Of a stretch of DNA of 64,000 nt, positions 20,101 through 30,147 are shown piece after piece. Source of the stretch: Geminicoccaceae bacterium. GTDB lineage: Bacteria > Pseudomonadota > Alphaproteobacteria > Geminicoccales > Geminicoccaceae. The first letter of the stretch is position 1. The number at the start of each line of letters is the position of its first letter. The stretch is from assembly GCA_965222015.1 (NCBI GenBank), contig CBDCTL010000010.1:47905-111904 (forward strand). The letters run 5' to 3'. The notes under the pieces were generated by a model. That model made no database searches. It saw only the letters and a list, made by a program, of their open reading frames with translations, and was not told where the DNA came from. The position numbers and the translations under genes are program-made.

Positions 20101-21363
20101 ATGATGCTGTTCAAGACGGGCATGGCGGAGGTCGATCCGGAGGTCGCCGCGGCGATCGCGGACGAAGGCGTGCGGCAGGCGGATCAGATCGAGCTGATCG
20201 CATCCGAGAACATCGTCTCGAAGGCGGTGCTCGAAGCGCAGGGCAGCCTGCTCACGAACAAATATGCCGAGGGCTATCCGGGCCGCCGCTACTACGGCGG
20301 CTGCGAGCATGTCGACGTCGTCGAGAGCCTGGCGATCGAACGGGTCAAGCGCCTGTTCGGCTGCGGCTTCGCGAACGTCCAGTCCCACTCCGGCGCGCAG
20401 GCCAACGGTGCTGTCAAGCTCGCGCTGCTGCAGCCGGGCGACACCATCCTCGGCATGTCGCTCGACGCCGGCGGCCATCTCACCCACGGCGCCCGCCCCG
20501 CCATGTCGGGCAAGTGGTTCAAGGCCGTGCAGTACAGCCTGCGCGAGAGCGACGCGCTGATCGATTTCGACAATGTCGCCGCACTCGCCGGGGAGCACCG
20601 GCCGAAACTGATCATCGCCGGCGCTTCCGCCTACAGCCGGGTGATCGATTTCGCCCGTTTTCGCGAGATCGCCGATGCCGTCGGCGCCCATCTGCTGGTG
20701 GACATGGCGCATATCGCGGGACTGGTGGCGACCGGGCATCATCCCTCGCCCTTTCCCCATGCCCATGTGGTCACTTCGACCACCCACAAGACGCTCCGCG
20801 GACCGCGCGGCGGCATCATTCTGACCGATGACGAGGCGCTGGCGAAGAAGATCAATTCGGCGGTGTTCCCCGGGTTGCAGGGCGGACCGCTGATGCATGT
20901 GATCGCGGCCAAGGCGGTCGCCTTCAAGGAAGCGCTGCAGCCGGAATTCAAGGATTATATCGGCGATGTCGTGGCCAATGCCCGGGTGCTCGCCGAGACC
21001 ATGGTGAAGCGCGGTTCGGCGATCGTCTCGGGCGGCACCGACAACCACCTGATGCTGGTCGATCTCCGGCCGAAAGGCGTCAAGGGCAACGCCGCCGAGG
21101 CGGCGCTGGAGCGGGCCGGAATCACCTGCAACAAGAACGGCATTCCGGGTGACCCGGAAAAGCCGACGATCACGTCGGGCATCCGTCTCGGCACGGCGGC
21201 CGGCACCAGCCGCGGCTTCGGCGCCGATGAGTTTCGGACCGTCGGCGAGCTGATCTCGGACGTGCTCGACGCGCTCGCACGCGATCCGGCCGGCGATCCC
21301 GCCGTCGAAGCGGCGACGCGAGACCGCGTGCGCGAACTCTGCGCCCGCTTTCCGATCTATTGA
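20101..21363 (+). CDS. glyA: Serine hydroxymethyltransferase
   Basis: [38 protein letters not shown] and [14 protein letters not shown] (PLP lysine) are canonical SHMT motifs. Confidence 0.95.
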   Translation: MMLFKTGMAEVDPEVAAAIADEGVRQADQIELIASENIVSKAVLEAQGSLLTNKYAEGYPGRRYYGGCEHVDVVESLAIERVKRLFGCGFANVQSHSGAQANGAVKLALLQPGDTILGMSLDAGGHLTHGARPAMSGKWFKAVQYSLRESDALIDFDNVAALAGEHRPKLIIAGASAYSRVIDFARFREIADAVGAHLLVDMAHIAGLVATGHHPSPFPHAHVVTSTTHKTLRGPRGGIILTDDEALAKKINSAVFPGLQGGPLMHVIAAKAVAFKEALQPEFKDYIGDVVANARVLAETMVKRGSAIVSGGTDNHLMLVDLRPKGVKGNAAEAALERAGITCNKNGIPGDPEKPTITSGIRLGTAAGTSRGFGADEFRTVGELISDVLDALARDPAGDPAVEAATRDRVRELCARFPIY

Positions 21364-21443
21364 CCGGCGGATCGGCGGAGCGAACGGCCGGGCTTCATGC
21401 TAGACTGCGGCCATTCAGACCGGCAGGCATTCGATGAGGGCTG

Positions 21444-21458
21444 ACAGGCTCAGCCTGT
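21444..21458. promoter_or_regulatory. 15-bp perfect palindrome upstream of the agcS-gcvTHP block
   Basis: ACAGGCT-c-AGCCTGT, about 110 nt upstream of ATG 21568. Confidence 0.25.
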
Positions 21459-21567
21459 GACGAGAACAGCGGCCGGCGGCGGGACGGGGTCCGCTGCCGG
21501 ATCAGGCCAAGGTTCGGACGCCTCGCAGGGGCTCACCGGACCGTCGAACGAAACGGGGGAATGCGTC

Positions 21568-22938
21568 ATGGAAGCGCTTTCGAATGTCGTCACGGCGATC
21601 AACGGCATCGTCTGGGGACCGGTGATGCTGGTCCTGATCCTGGGCGTCGGCCTGTTCCTGCAGATCCGCCTGAACTTCATGCCGCTCGCCAAGGTCGGCC
21701 ACGGCTTCAGGCTGATGTGGCAGGGGCGGAAGACGGGGCCGGACGAGGAAGGCGAGATCAGTCCGTTCGCAGCCCTCATGACGGCGCTCGCCGCGACCGT
21801 CGGCACCGGCAATATCGCAGGCGTCGCCACCGCGATCGCGCTCGGAGGCCCAGGCGCTCTGTTCTGGATGTGGTGCACGGCGCTGGTCGGCATGGCGACC
21901 AAATATGCCGAGGTGACCGTCGCGGTGCATTACCGTGAGCGCGACGAGAACGGCGAGCATATCGGCGGGCCGATGTACGCGATCAAGAACGGTCTCGGCG
22001 CGAAATGGGCCTGGCTCGGCGTGGCGTTCGCCCTGTTCGGCGGGCTCGCCGGCTTCGGCATCGGCAACGCCGTGCAGGCGAATGCGGTCGCCGACGTGCT
22101 GAACACGTCGTTCGCCATTCCGGAATGGGTCTCGGCGATCCTGATCATGGCCGTGGTCGGCCTGGTCATCCTCGGCGGCATCAAGCGGATCGGCCAGGTC
22201 GCCGAGGCGCTGGTGCCGGCGATGTGCGTCGCCTATATCGTCTTCGCGATCATCGTGCTGATCGTGAACGCCGCCGAAGTTCCGGGCGCGATCGGCCTGG
22301 TCTTCACCCATGCCTTCACACCGGTCGCCGCGACCGGCGGCTTCGCCGGCGCCGCGGTCTGGGCCGCCCTTCGCTTCGGCGTCGCCCGCGGCGTGTTTTC
22401 GAACGAGGCGGGCCTCGGCACGGCCGGCATCGCCCAGGCGGCCGGCACCACCAGGAGCCCCGTGCGCTCGGGTCTGATCGGCATGCTCGGCACCTTCATC
22501 GACACGCTGATCGTCTGCACCTTCACCGGGCTTGCGATCATCAGCTCCGGTGCGTGGACCACCGGCGAGAGCGGTGCCGCCCTGACCTCCGCGGCGTTCG
22601 AGACCACGCTGCCCGGCGTCGGCGGCTATCTGATCGCGATCTCGCTCGCGGTGTTCGCCTTCACCACCATCCTCGGCTGGGCCTATTACGCCGAAAAGTG
22701 CTGGGAGTTCCTGTTCGGCACGAAATGCGAGATGCCGTTCCGCATCCTCTGGGTTCTCGCCATCCCGCTCGGCAGCGTCGCCGGACTGGACTTCATCTGG
22801 CTTCTGGCCGATACGCTGAACGCCTTCATGGCGGTGCCGAACCTGATCGCGCTCCTGCTGCTGAGCCCGGTGATCCTGCAGCTCACGCGCGACTATTTCG
22901 CTGATGGCGGCGCCGACCAGGAAGCGGCGTCCGATTGA
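21568..22938 (+). CDS. Alanine/glycine:cation symporter (AGCS) family protein, second copy
   Basis: MEALSNVVTAINGIVWGP..., TVGTGNIAGVATAIALGGPGALFWMW, RGVFSNEAGLGTAG. RBS GGGGGA lies 8 nt upstream of ATG 21568, which is preferred over the ORF-track start at 21457. Confidence 0.9.
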   Translation: MEALSNVVTAINGIVWGPVMLVLILGVGLFLQIRLNFMPLAKVGHGFRLMWQGRKTGPDEEGEISPFAALMTALAATVGTGNIAGVATAIALGGPGALFWMWCTALVGMATKYAEVTVAVHYRERDENGEHIGGPMYAIKNGLGAKWAWLGVAFALFGGLAGFGIGNAVQANAVADVLNTSFAIPEWVSAILIMAVVGLVILGGIKRIGQVAEALVPAMCVAYIVFAIIVLIVNAAEVPGAIGLVFTHAFTPVAATGGFAGAAVWAALRFGVARGVFSNEAGLGTAGIAQAAGTTRSPVRSGLIGMLGTFIDTLIVCTFTGLAIISSGAWTTGESGAALTSAAFETTLPGVGGYLIAISLAVFAFTTILGWAYYAEKCWEFLFGTKCEMPFRILWVLAIPLGSVAGLDFIWLLADTLNAFMAVPNLIALLLLSPVILQLTRDYFADGGADQEAASD

Positions 22939-22996
22939 CCGAAACCGCGGGGAGCGGACCGAGGCCCGTATCCTCCACAGAACGAAAGAAGAGACG

Positions 22997-24112
22997 ATGT
23001 CCGACACCCCTTCGAACGACGCGGCGACCAAGCAGACGCCGCTCTACGACCTGCATGTCGAGCTCGGCGCCAGGATGGTCGATTTCGCCGGCTGGTCCAT
23101 GCCGGTGCAGTATCCCGCCGGCATCATGGCGGAGCATCGCCACTGCCGGGAGCAGGCCGGGCTGTTCGACGTCTCCCATATGGGTCAGGTGGAGCTGCGC
23201 GGCGACGGCGTGGCGGCGGCGCTGGAAAAGCTGGTGCCGAGCAGCATCGAGACGCTCGTCGCGGGCAAGGCGCGCTACACCGTCTTCACCAGCGAGGACG
23301 GCGGCATTCTCGACGACCTGATCGTCTCCAACGCCGGCGATCATCTGTTCCTGGTGGTCAACGCCTCGATGCGCGATCAGGATATTTCGCATATGCGCGG
23401 CAATCTGCCGGGGATTGACTTGACGGAGCGCAATGATCGGGCGCTGGTGGCGCTTCAGGGGCCGGCGGCGGGTGCCGTGCTCGAAACGCTCGCCCCCGAT
23501 GTGGCCGACCTCCGCTTCATGGAAACCAAGGTTACCCCCGTCGGCGGTGCCGACTGCCGGGTGTCCCGGCTCGGCTATACCGGCGAGGACGGCTTCGAGA
23601 TCTCCATGCCGGCGGATGCGGCGGTTGACATCGCGAGGAAACTGCTCGCCGACGATCGGGTCGCACCCGTCGGGCTCGGCGCGCGCGACAGCCTTCGCCT
23701 GGAGGCGGGCCTCTGTCTCTACGGCAACGATATCGACACCACGACCTCGCCGATCGAGGCGCAGCTGAACTGGATCATTCAGAAACGCCGGCGCGAAGCA
23801 GGCGATTTTCCGGGAGCCAAGCGCATTCTTGCGGAATATGCCGACGGTCCGTCCCGAAAGCTGGTCGGCATTCGCCCGGACGGCAGGGGTCCCGCGCGCC
23901 AGGGCACCGTCATCTGCGACAAGGCAGGCGAGGAAATCGGCCGGATCACCAGCGGCGGCTTCGGCCCGACTGTCGACGGTCCCGTGTCCATGGGCTATGT
24001 CGACAGCGGGCATGCAGAGCCCGGCAGCCCGGTCGATCTGATGGTGCGCGGCACCGCAAGGCCGGGCGAGGTCGTCGCGCTGCCTTTCACCCCTCATCAT
24101 TACCTGCGTTGA
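22997..24112 (+). CDS. gcvT: Glycine cleavage system aminomethyltransferase T
   Basis: TPLYDLHVELGARMVDFAGWSMPVQY, GLFDVSHMGQ, GYTGEDGFEIS, ARDSLRLEAGLCLYGNDI. Confidence 0.95.
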   Translation: MSDTPSNDAATKQTPLYDLHVELGARMVDFAGWSMPVQYPAGIMAEHRHCREQAGLFDVSHMGQVELRGDGVAAALEKLVPSSIETLVAGKARYTVFTSEDGGILDDLIVSNAGDHLFLVVNASMRDQDISHMRGNLPGIDLTERNDRALVALQGPAAGAVLETLAPDVADLRFMETKVTPVGGADCRVSRLGYTGEDGFEISMPADAAVDIARKLLADDRVAPVGLGARDSLRLEAGLCLYGNDIDTTTSPIEAQLNWIIQKRRREAGDFPGAKRILAEYADGPSRKLVGIRPDGRGPARQGTVICDKAGEEIGRITSGGFGPTVDGPVSMGYVDSGHAEPGSPVDLMVRGTARPGEVVALPFTPHHYLR

Positions 24113-24135
24113 GCGAAAAAGAAGGAACCTGAGAG

Positions 24136-24504
24136 ATGAGCACCTACTACACCGACGATCACGAGTGGATCAGCGTCGATGGCGACACCGCGACCGTCGG
24201 CATCACCGCCCATGCCGCCGAGCAGCTCGGCGAAATCGTGTTCGTCGAGATGAACGCGGTCGGGCAGACGATCGCCAAGGGCAAGGAATTCGGCACCATC
24301 GAGAGCGTCAAGGCGGCAAGCGAGATCTTCGCCCCGGTCGACGGCGAGGTCACCGAGGTCAATGGCGAGCTCGACGACAACCCGGCGCTGGTCAACGAGA
24401 GCCCGGAGGACAAGGCCTGGCTCTGCAAGATCAAGCTCGCCGACAAGTCCCAGCTCGACGGCCTGATGGACAAGGCGGCCTACGACGCGACGATCGCCGA
24501 CTGA
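24136..24504 (+). CDS. gcvH: Glycine cleavage system protein H
   Basis: 122 aa. [26 protein letters not shown] and the lipoyl-lysine motif ESVKAAS. Confidence 0.95.
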   Translation: MSTYYTDDHEWISVDGDTATVGITAHAAEQLGEIVFVEMNAVGQTIAKGKEFGTIESVKAASEIFAPVDGEVTEVNGELDDNPALVNESPEDKAWLCKIKLADKSQLDGLMDKAAYDATIAD

Positions 24505-24556
24505 TTATCTTCGAACTTTCCCGCAAAAGAAACGCTTCAGCACGAGGTTGTGGACG

Positions 24557-27466
24557 ATGAGCGCTGCCGAACCGACCCTTGACGATCTCCAGACCGAAGG
24601 CGATTTCCTGCCGCGCCATATCGGTCCGGGACCGGAGCAGATCGAAGAAATGCTGGCGGTCCTGAACGCCAAATCGCTGGATGCGCTGATCGACCGGATC
24701 GTGCCGAAGAAGATCCGCACCCGAAAGCCGCTCGCTCTCCCGATCGGCAGGGGGGAGCGGGATGCGCTCTCCTATCTGCGCAAGATGGCCGGGCGCAACA
24801 AGGTGTTCAGCTCGATGATCGGCATGGGCTATTACGGCACGGTGATGCCCAAGGTGATCCTTCGCCGGGTGCTGGAGAGCCCCGGCTGGTACACCGCCTA
24901 CACCCCCTATCAGGCGGAGATCAGCCAGGGCCGGCTGGAAGCACTCTTGAACTTCCAGCAGATGGTCATGGACCTCACCGGCTTCGATCTCGCCAATGCC
25001 TCGCTCCTCGACGAGGCGACCGCCGCGGCCGAGGCGATGCTCATGGCCAAGCGCGTGACGAAGTCGGCAAAGACCGTGTTCTTCGTCGATCGGGACACCC
25101 ACCCGCAGACCATCAGCGTGCTGCGCACGCGGGCGGAGCCGCTGGGCATCGCCATCGAGGTCGGCGATCCGTCGACGGATCTCGCCTCGTCCGATCCGTT
25201 CGCAGCACTCCTGTCCTACCCCGGCTCGAGTGGCCGTGTCGCCGACATCGAGCCGCTGATCGCATCGATCCATGAGAAAGGCGCGCTCGCGATCGTCGCC
25301 ACCGACCTCCTGGCGCTCACGCTTTTGACGCCGCCCGGCGAGCTTGGCGCCGACATCGCCATCGGCTCGGCTCAGCGCTTCGGCGTGCCCATGGGCTATG
25401 GCGGGCCGCACGCCGCGTTCTTCGCCACCCACGACAAGCACAAGCGCACGATCCCGGGGCGCATCATCGGCGTTTCCAGGGATGCCGAAGGCAATCCCGC
25501 TTTGCGCATGGCGCTTCAGACCCGCGAGCAGCATATCCGCCGGGACAAGGCCACCAGCAATATCTGCACGGCCCAGGCCCTGCTCGCGATCATCGCCAGC
25601 TTCTATGCGATCTATCACGGGCCGGACGGTCTGAAGAATATCGCCCTTCGGGTCCATCGCCTGACCCGGGTCCTGGCCGAAGGGCTGAAGCGGCTGGGCG
25701 CCGAGGTGATCACCGAGCACTTCTTCGACACCATCACCGTCAAGGTGCCGGGCCAGGCGGCCAGGATCGCCGCCAAGGCGCGCGAGCAGCGCATCAATGT
25801 GCGCGTGGTGGATGCCGATAACATCGGCATCTCGCTGGACGAGGCGACCCGGCAGAGCGAGATCGAGCGCCTCTGGTTCTGCTTCGCCTCCAATGCCGGG
25901 GAGAAGATTTCGATCAAGGCCCTCGATGGCGAGATCGGCAAGGTCATTCCGGCGGGGCTGGTCCGCAAGAGCGCGTTTCTGACCCATCCCGTGTTTCACC
26001 TGCATCACAGCGAGACCGAGATGCTGCGCTACATGCGCCAGCTCCAGGCCAAGGACATCGCCCTCGACCGCTCGATGATTCCGCTCGGCTCCTGCACCAT
26101 GAAGCTGAACGCGGCGACCCAGATGATCCCGCTCAGCTGGCGCGAGCTTTCCAACATCCACCCCTTCGCGCCGCTCGATCAGACCCAGGGCTACCAGCAG
26201 CTGTTCGAGGAACTGGAGGCGATGCTGTGCGAGGTGACCGGCTTCGATGCCGTCTCGCTGCAGCCCAATGCCGGCAGCCAGGGCGAATATGCAGGTCTTC
26301 TGACCATCCGCCACTATCACGAGAGCCGGGGCGACAAGGCGCGAAAAATCTGCCTGATCCCGACGTCCGCCCACGGCACCAACCCGGCGAGTGCCGTCAT
26401 GGCCGGCATGGAGGTGGTCGCGGTCACCTGCGACGATGACGGCAATGTCGACGTAGTCGATCTGCGCGCCAAGGCCGAGACCCATGCGGACGAACTCGCG
26501 GCCCTGATGATCACCTATCCCTCGACCCATGGCGTGTTCGAGGAATCGATCGTCGAGATCTGCAAGATCGTCCATCAGCATGGCGGGCAGGTTTATATCG
26601 ACGGTGCCAATCTGAACGCGCTTCTTGGCATCGCCAAGGTCGCGGAGATCGGCGGTGACGTCTGCCACATGAACCTGCACAAAACCTTCTGCATTCCCCA
26701 TGGCGGCGGAGGACCCGGCGTCGGGCCGATCGGCGTGAAGGCGCATCTGGCGCCGTTTCTCCCGGACCATGGCGTGGTCTCGGGCGTCAATCCCGCGGCC
26801 GGCAGCGGCGACACCATCGGTGCGGTCGCGGCCGCGCCCTGGGGCTCGGCCTCGATTCTGCCGATCTCCTGGTCCTATATCGCGATGATGGGCGGCGAAG
26901 GGCTTACCAGGGCGACCAAGGTCGCCATCCTGAACGCCAACTACATCGCGGCGCGGCTGAAGGAGCATTATCCCGTGGTCTACACCGGCCCGAACGACGG
27001 CGTCGCCCATGAATGCATCCTCGATCTCCGTCAGATCCACGAGAAGACCGGGATCAGCGTCGAGGACGTCGCCAAGCGTCTGGTCGACTACGGCTATCAC
27101 GCGCCGACCATGTCCTGGCCGGTGCCGCAGACCCTGATGGTCGAGCCCACGGAGAGCGAGGACAAGCAGGAACTGGATCGCTTCTGCGACGCCATGATCA
27201 TGATCCGCGAGGAGATCGCCGAGGTCGAGGCGGGCAAGGCGGACAAGGCGAACAACGTGGTGCGCCACGCCCCGCACACCGCCGATCTGCTGGTCACCGA
27301 CTGGGATCGCCCCTACAGCCGCGAGCGCGCCTTCTTCCCGCTCGCCTACGTGCGCGAGGACAAATTCTGGCCGCCGGTCGCGCGCATCGACAATGCCGCG
27401 GGCGACCGCCAGCTGGTCTGCGCCTGCCCGCCGATGGAAGCCTACATGCCGGCGGCGGCCGAGTAG
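24557..27466 (+). CDS. gcvP: Glycine dehydrogenase (decarboxylating), single-chain P protein
   Basis: About 970 aa. [42 protein letters not shown] and [18 protein letters not shown] (PLP lysine). GAGG lies 9 nt upstream of ATG 24557. Confidence 0.95.
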   Translation: MSAAEPTLDDLQTEGDFLPRHIGPGPEQIEEMLAVLNAKSLDALIDRIVPKKIRTRKPLALPIGRGERDALSYLRKMAGRNKVFSSMIGMGYYGTVMPKVILRRVLESPGWYTAYTPYQAEISQGRLEALLNFQQMVMDLTGFDLANASLLDEATAAAEAMLMAKRVTKSAKTVFFVDRDTHPQTISVLRTRAEPLGIAIEVGDPSTDLASSDPFAALLSYPGSSGRVADIEPLIASIHEKGALAIVATDLLALTLLTPPGELGADIAIGSAQRFGVPMGYGGPHAAFFATHDKHKRTIPGRIIGVSRDAEGNPALRMALQTREQHIRRDKATSNICTAQALLAIIASFYAIYHGPDGLKNIALRVHRLTRVLAEGLKRLGAEVITEHFFDTITVKVPGQAARIAAKAREQRINVRVVDADNIGISLDEATRQSEIERLWFCFASNAGEKISIKALDGEIGKVIPAGLVRKSAFLTHPVFHLHHSETEMLRYMRQLQAKDIALDRSMIPLGSCTMKLNAATQMIPLSWRELSNIHPFAPLDQTQGYQQLFEELEAMLCEVTGFDAVSLQPNAGSQGEYAGLLTIRHYHESRGDKARKICLIPTSAHGTNPASAVMAGMEVVAVTCDDDGNVDVVDLRAKAETHADELAALMITYPSTHGVFEESIVEICKIVHQHGGQVYIDGANLNALLGIAKVAEIGGDVCHMNLHKTFCIPHGGGGPGVGPIGVKAHLAPFLPDHGVVSGVNPAAGSGDTIGAVAAAPWGSASILPISWSYIAMMGGEGLTRATKVAILNANYIAARLKEHYPVVYTGPNDGVAHECILDLRQIHEKTGISVEDVAKRLVDYGYHAPTMSWPVPQTLMVEPTESEDKQELDRFCDAMIMIREEIAEVEAGKADKANNVVRHAPHTADLLVTDWDRPYSRERAFFPLAYVREDKFWPPVARIDNAAGDRQLVCACPPMEAYMPAAAE

Positions 27467-27601
27467 TGCCGGCGGCACGGGCGGAACTCAAGTGGGGAAA
27501 ATCGATGATCACGCTGCTGTCGACGGCACGATAACAATGCATCAAGCGGCCTTGCACAGTTCGGTGTTTGGCCACCGCATCAATGAGAGGGCTTGGAGGT
27601 C

Positions 27602-28987
27602 ATGTTCATCAGCGTGTTCGATGTCTTCAAGATCGGCATCGGACCGTCGAGCTCCCACACCATGGGCCCGATGGTCGCCGCCGCCCGCTTTCTGGACGGG
27701 CTTAAGGAGCGTTCGGACCTGAAGCCGGCAAGGCTGGGTGCCCGCCTCTACGGCTCGCTCGCCTTCACCGGCAAGGGACATGCGACCGACCGCGCGGTGA
27801 TCCTCGGGCTCCTGGGGCTGACGCCGGACAATCTGGACCCGGACCGGATCGACGAGCTGGTCGATAACGTCGCCTCGAAAAAGCGGCTCCGGCCCGGAGG
27901 CCATCCCGCCTACGAGTTCGATCCCGAACAGGATCTGGTGTTCGACTACGGCGACGCGCTGCCCGGCCACGCCAACGGCATGAAGCTGTTCGCCTATGAT
28001 GAGCAAGGCGAGACGCTGCTGGAGCGGACCTACTACTCGATCGGCGGCGGCTTCGTCGCCGAGCCCAAGGAGCTCGAAGCCCTCAAGGAAGAGGGTGTTG
28101 CCAGCGAGATCGAGGCGGCCCCCTATCCGTTCAGGACGGCGAAGGAGATGCTCGCCATGGGCCGGGATTCCGGCCTTTCGATCGTCGCCATGAAGCGCGC
28201 CAACGAGGAGGCGGTGATGTCACCGTCCGACTGCGAGGAGCGGCTGGGCAAGGTCTGGTCGGTGATGGAAGGGTGCATCGAGCGCGGCCTTCGCGCCGAA
28301 GGGCAGCTGCCGGGCGGGCTCAAAGTCAAGCGCCGGGCCAAGGCGCTTCGCGAAAAACTCATGGACGAGATGACCAGCAACACCAAGCCGCCGCATCAGG
28401 TGAACGAGTGGATCGCGCTCTACGCCATGGCGGTCAACGAGGAGAACGCGGCGGGCGGCCAGGTGGTCACGGCACCGACCAACGGCGCCGCCGGCGTGAT
28501 TCCCGCCGTGATCCGCTATTATCTCGAATTCTGCCCGGGTGCTCGAAAGGACGACGTCGGCGATTTCCTTCTGGCCGCCGCGGCGATCGGCGGGCTGATC
28601 AAGCACAACGCCTCGATCTCCGGCGCCGAGGTCGGCTGCCAGGGCGAGGTCGGCTCGGCGTCCGCCATGGCTGCTGCCGGCCTTTGCGCCGTGCTCGGCG
28701 GCACCAACGAGCAGATCGAGAACGCCGCCGAAATAGCACTCGAGCACCATCTCGGCATGACCTGCGATCCGATCAAGGGCCTGGTGCAGGTACCCTGCAT
28801 CGAGCGGAACGGCTTCGGCGCGGTCAAGGCGGTGACGGCCGCCTCCCTCGCCCTCAAGGGCGACGGCACCCATTTCGTGCCGCTGGATCAATGCGTCGAG
28901 ACCATGCGCCAGACCGGCATCGACATGAGCACCAAATATAAGGAGACCTCGACCGGGGGGCTTGCGGTCAACATGGTCGAATGCTGA
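27602..28987 (+). CDS. sdaA: L-serine ammonia-lyase (iron-sulfur type)
   Basis: [73 protein letters not shown] lies before ATG 27602. Confidence 0.95.
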   Translation: MFISVFDVFKIGIGPSSSHTMGPMVAAARFLDGLKERSDLKPARLGARLYGSLAFTGKGHATDRAVILGLLGLTPDNLDPDRIDELVDNVASKKRLRPGGHPAYEFDPEQDLVFDYGDALPGHANGMKLFAYDEQGETLLERTYYSIGGGFVAEPKELEALKEEGVASEIEAAPYPFRTAKEMLAMGRDSGLSIVAMKRANEEAVMSPSDCEERLGKVWSVMEGCIERGLRAEGQLPGGLKVKRRAKALREKLMDEMTSNTKPPHQVNEWIALYAMAVNEENAAGGQVVTAPTNGAAGVIPAVIRYYLEFCPGARKDDVGDFLLAAAAIGGLIKHNASISGAEVGCQGEVGSASAMAAAGLCAVLGGTNEQIENAAEIALEHHLGMTCDPIKGLVQVPCIERNGFGAVKAVTAASLALKGDGTHFVPLDQCVETMRQTGIDMSTKYKETSTGGLAVNMVEC

Positions 28988-29030
28988 GACCGGACCGGTC
29001 GGATCCGGCAGGGTCCCTGATCGAAGCTCG

Positions 29031-30134
29031 TCAGCGCGTCACGGAAAAGGTGCGGCGCAGGCGGTCGTAGAGGCGGTAGAGCAGAAGGATCGTCGCGCAG
29101 ACCAGAAAAATCCGGATGACGTGGAAGGCGGTGACCACTTCGACGTCGAGATGCATGGCTTTGGCGGTCAGCGCCATCTCGGTCATGGCGGCAGGGGCGA
29201 GGGCCAGGAAGGCGGTGCTCACCGAAAGGCCGGTCACGGCGGAAAGACACCAGGCGCCGGCATAGGCGGCCGCGATCATGAAGACCGTGACCGCGGCCCC
29301 TGCAAGCGCGACGCGCGGCAGGCGCGACATCACCTCGCGGCGGAACTGGCTGCCCAGCCAGGTGCCGACCATGATCTGGGCAAGTGTGATCAGCTCTGCC
29401 GGCATCTGCACCGAGAGAACGCCGGTGGCACTCAGCGCCAGGCCGACCAGCATTGGCGCCACCAGCCAGGGATTGGGGATCGCGGTCGACCGAAGAAGGC
29501 GCACGGCCGGGAGGGCGAGGCCGAAGCCGAGCGTTAGCCAGACCAGGCTCTGCGCGGTGACCGGGGCGGCCGCGATCGTGCCCGGCGTGCCGAAGGCGAT
29601 CACCAGGAGCGGCACGGTGGCGACCGTGGTCGAGACGCGAAGAGCGTGCACGAGGCCGACGGCGGCACGGTCGCCGCCCCGTTCACCGGCGACGACGGCC
29701 ATGTCGGCCATGCCGCCGGCGGCCGTGGCGAAGAAGGACGTCGTGGCGTCGGTGGCGGCCAGCGGCCGGAGGAGGAAGGCGGCGATCATGGTGTAGGCCA
29801 TGACGTAGAGCGTCGCGACGAGCATGGCCGGGAGCAGCGAGAGGGTCGCGAGCAGGGTCGCCGGCGTAAAGCGGAGCCCGATGGCGAGGCCGACGGTCAC
29901 CTGGCCGAGCTCGCGCCCGAGCGGCAGCGTCGCGAGCGGTGCGCCGAGGGCGGCGAGCGCGCCACAGGCGAAGAAGGGGCCGAGCATCCAGGCGAGCGGC
30001 AGACCGAGCGCCCAGGCCGCGCCGCCGCCGGCGAGGCCGAGGAGATAGGTCAGGGCAATTCGAGCCCACCAGGCGGCGTCGCGCCGGGCGGGCGCACTTC
30101 CACCGGATGAGGTGGAACGGGAGTCTACCGCCAC
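29031..30134 (-). CDS. AbrB-family (AmoA-like duplication) integral membrane protein
   Basis: 367 aa, highly hydrophobic, with two similar halves. LGLPLAWMLGPFF...GLAIGLRF is typical of the PF05145-type family. Confidence 0.7.
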   Translation of the reverse strand: MAVDSRSTSSGGSAPARRDAAWWARIALTYLLGLAGGGAAWALGLPLAWMLGPFFACGALAALGAPLATLPLGRELGQVTVGLAIGLRFTPATLLATLSLLPAMLVATLYVMAYTMIAAFLLRPLAATDATTSFFATAAGGMADMAVVAGERGGDRAAVGLVHALRVSTTVATVPLLVIAFGTPGTIAAAPVTAQSLVWLTLGFGLALPAVRLLRSTAIPNPWLVAPMLVGLALSATGVLSVQMPAELITLAQIMVGTWLGSQFRREVMSRLPRVALAGAAVTVFMIAAAYAGAWCLSAVTGLSVSTAFLALAPAAMTEMALTAKAMHLDVEVVTAFHVIRIFLVCATILLLYRLYDRLRRTFSVTR

Positions 30135-30147
30135 GGACGGTTCCCGC

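Noticed and set aside
21364-22996. Glycine riboswitch upstream of gcvT or of the preceding agcS gene.
   Set aside because: The agcS-gcvT gap is only 58 nt. In 21364-21567 I find only a weak resemblance (aucaggccaagg near 21500) and no CCGAAGG.GCAA core. A covariance-model search is needed to be definitive.
24431-27478. A 1015-aa ORF on the minus strand. Similar long ORFs are 57276..59354(+), 36580..38199(-), 21502..23031(-), 40712..42439(+), 20068..21048(-) and 61882..63075(+).
   Set aside because: Each is exactly antisense to, or out of frame with, a gene that has unmistakable family motifs (gcvP, tctA/tctB, DUF2959/DUF2252, agcS, the MotB-like gene, glyA, Gfo/Idh/MocA). Their products are Arg/Gly/Asp/His-rich low-complexity strings. 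This is the typical stop-codon-poor shadow frame of high-GC DNA.
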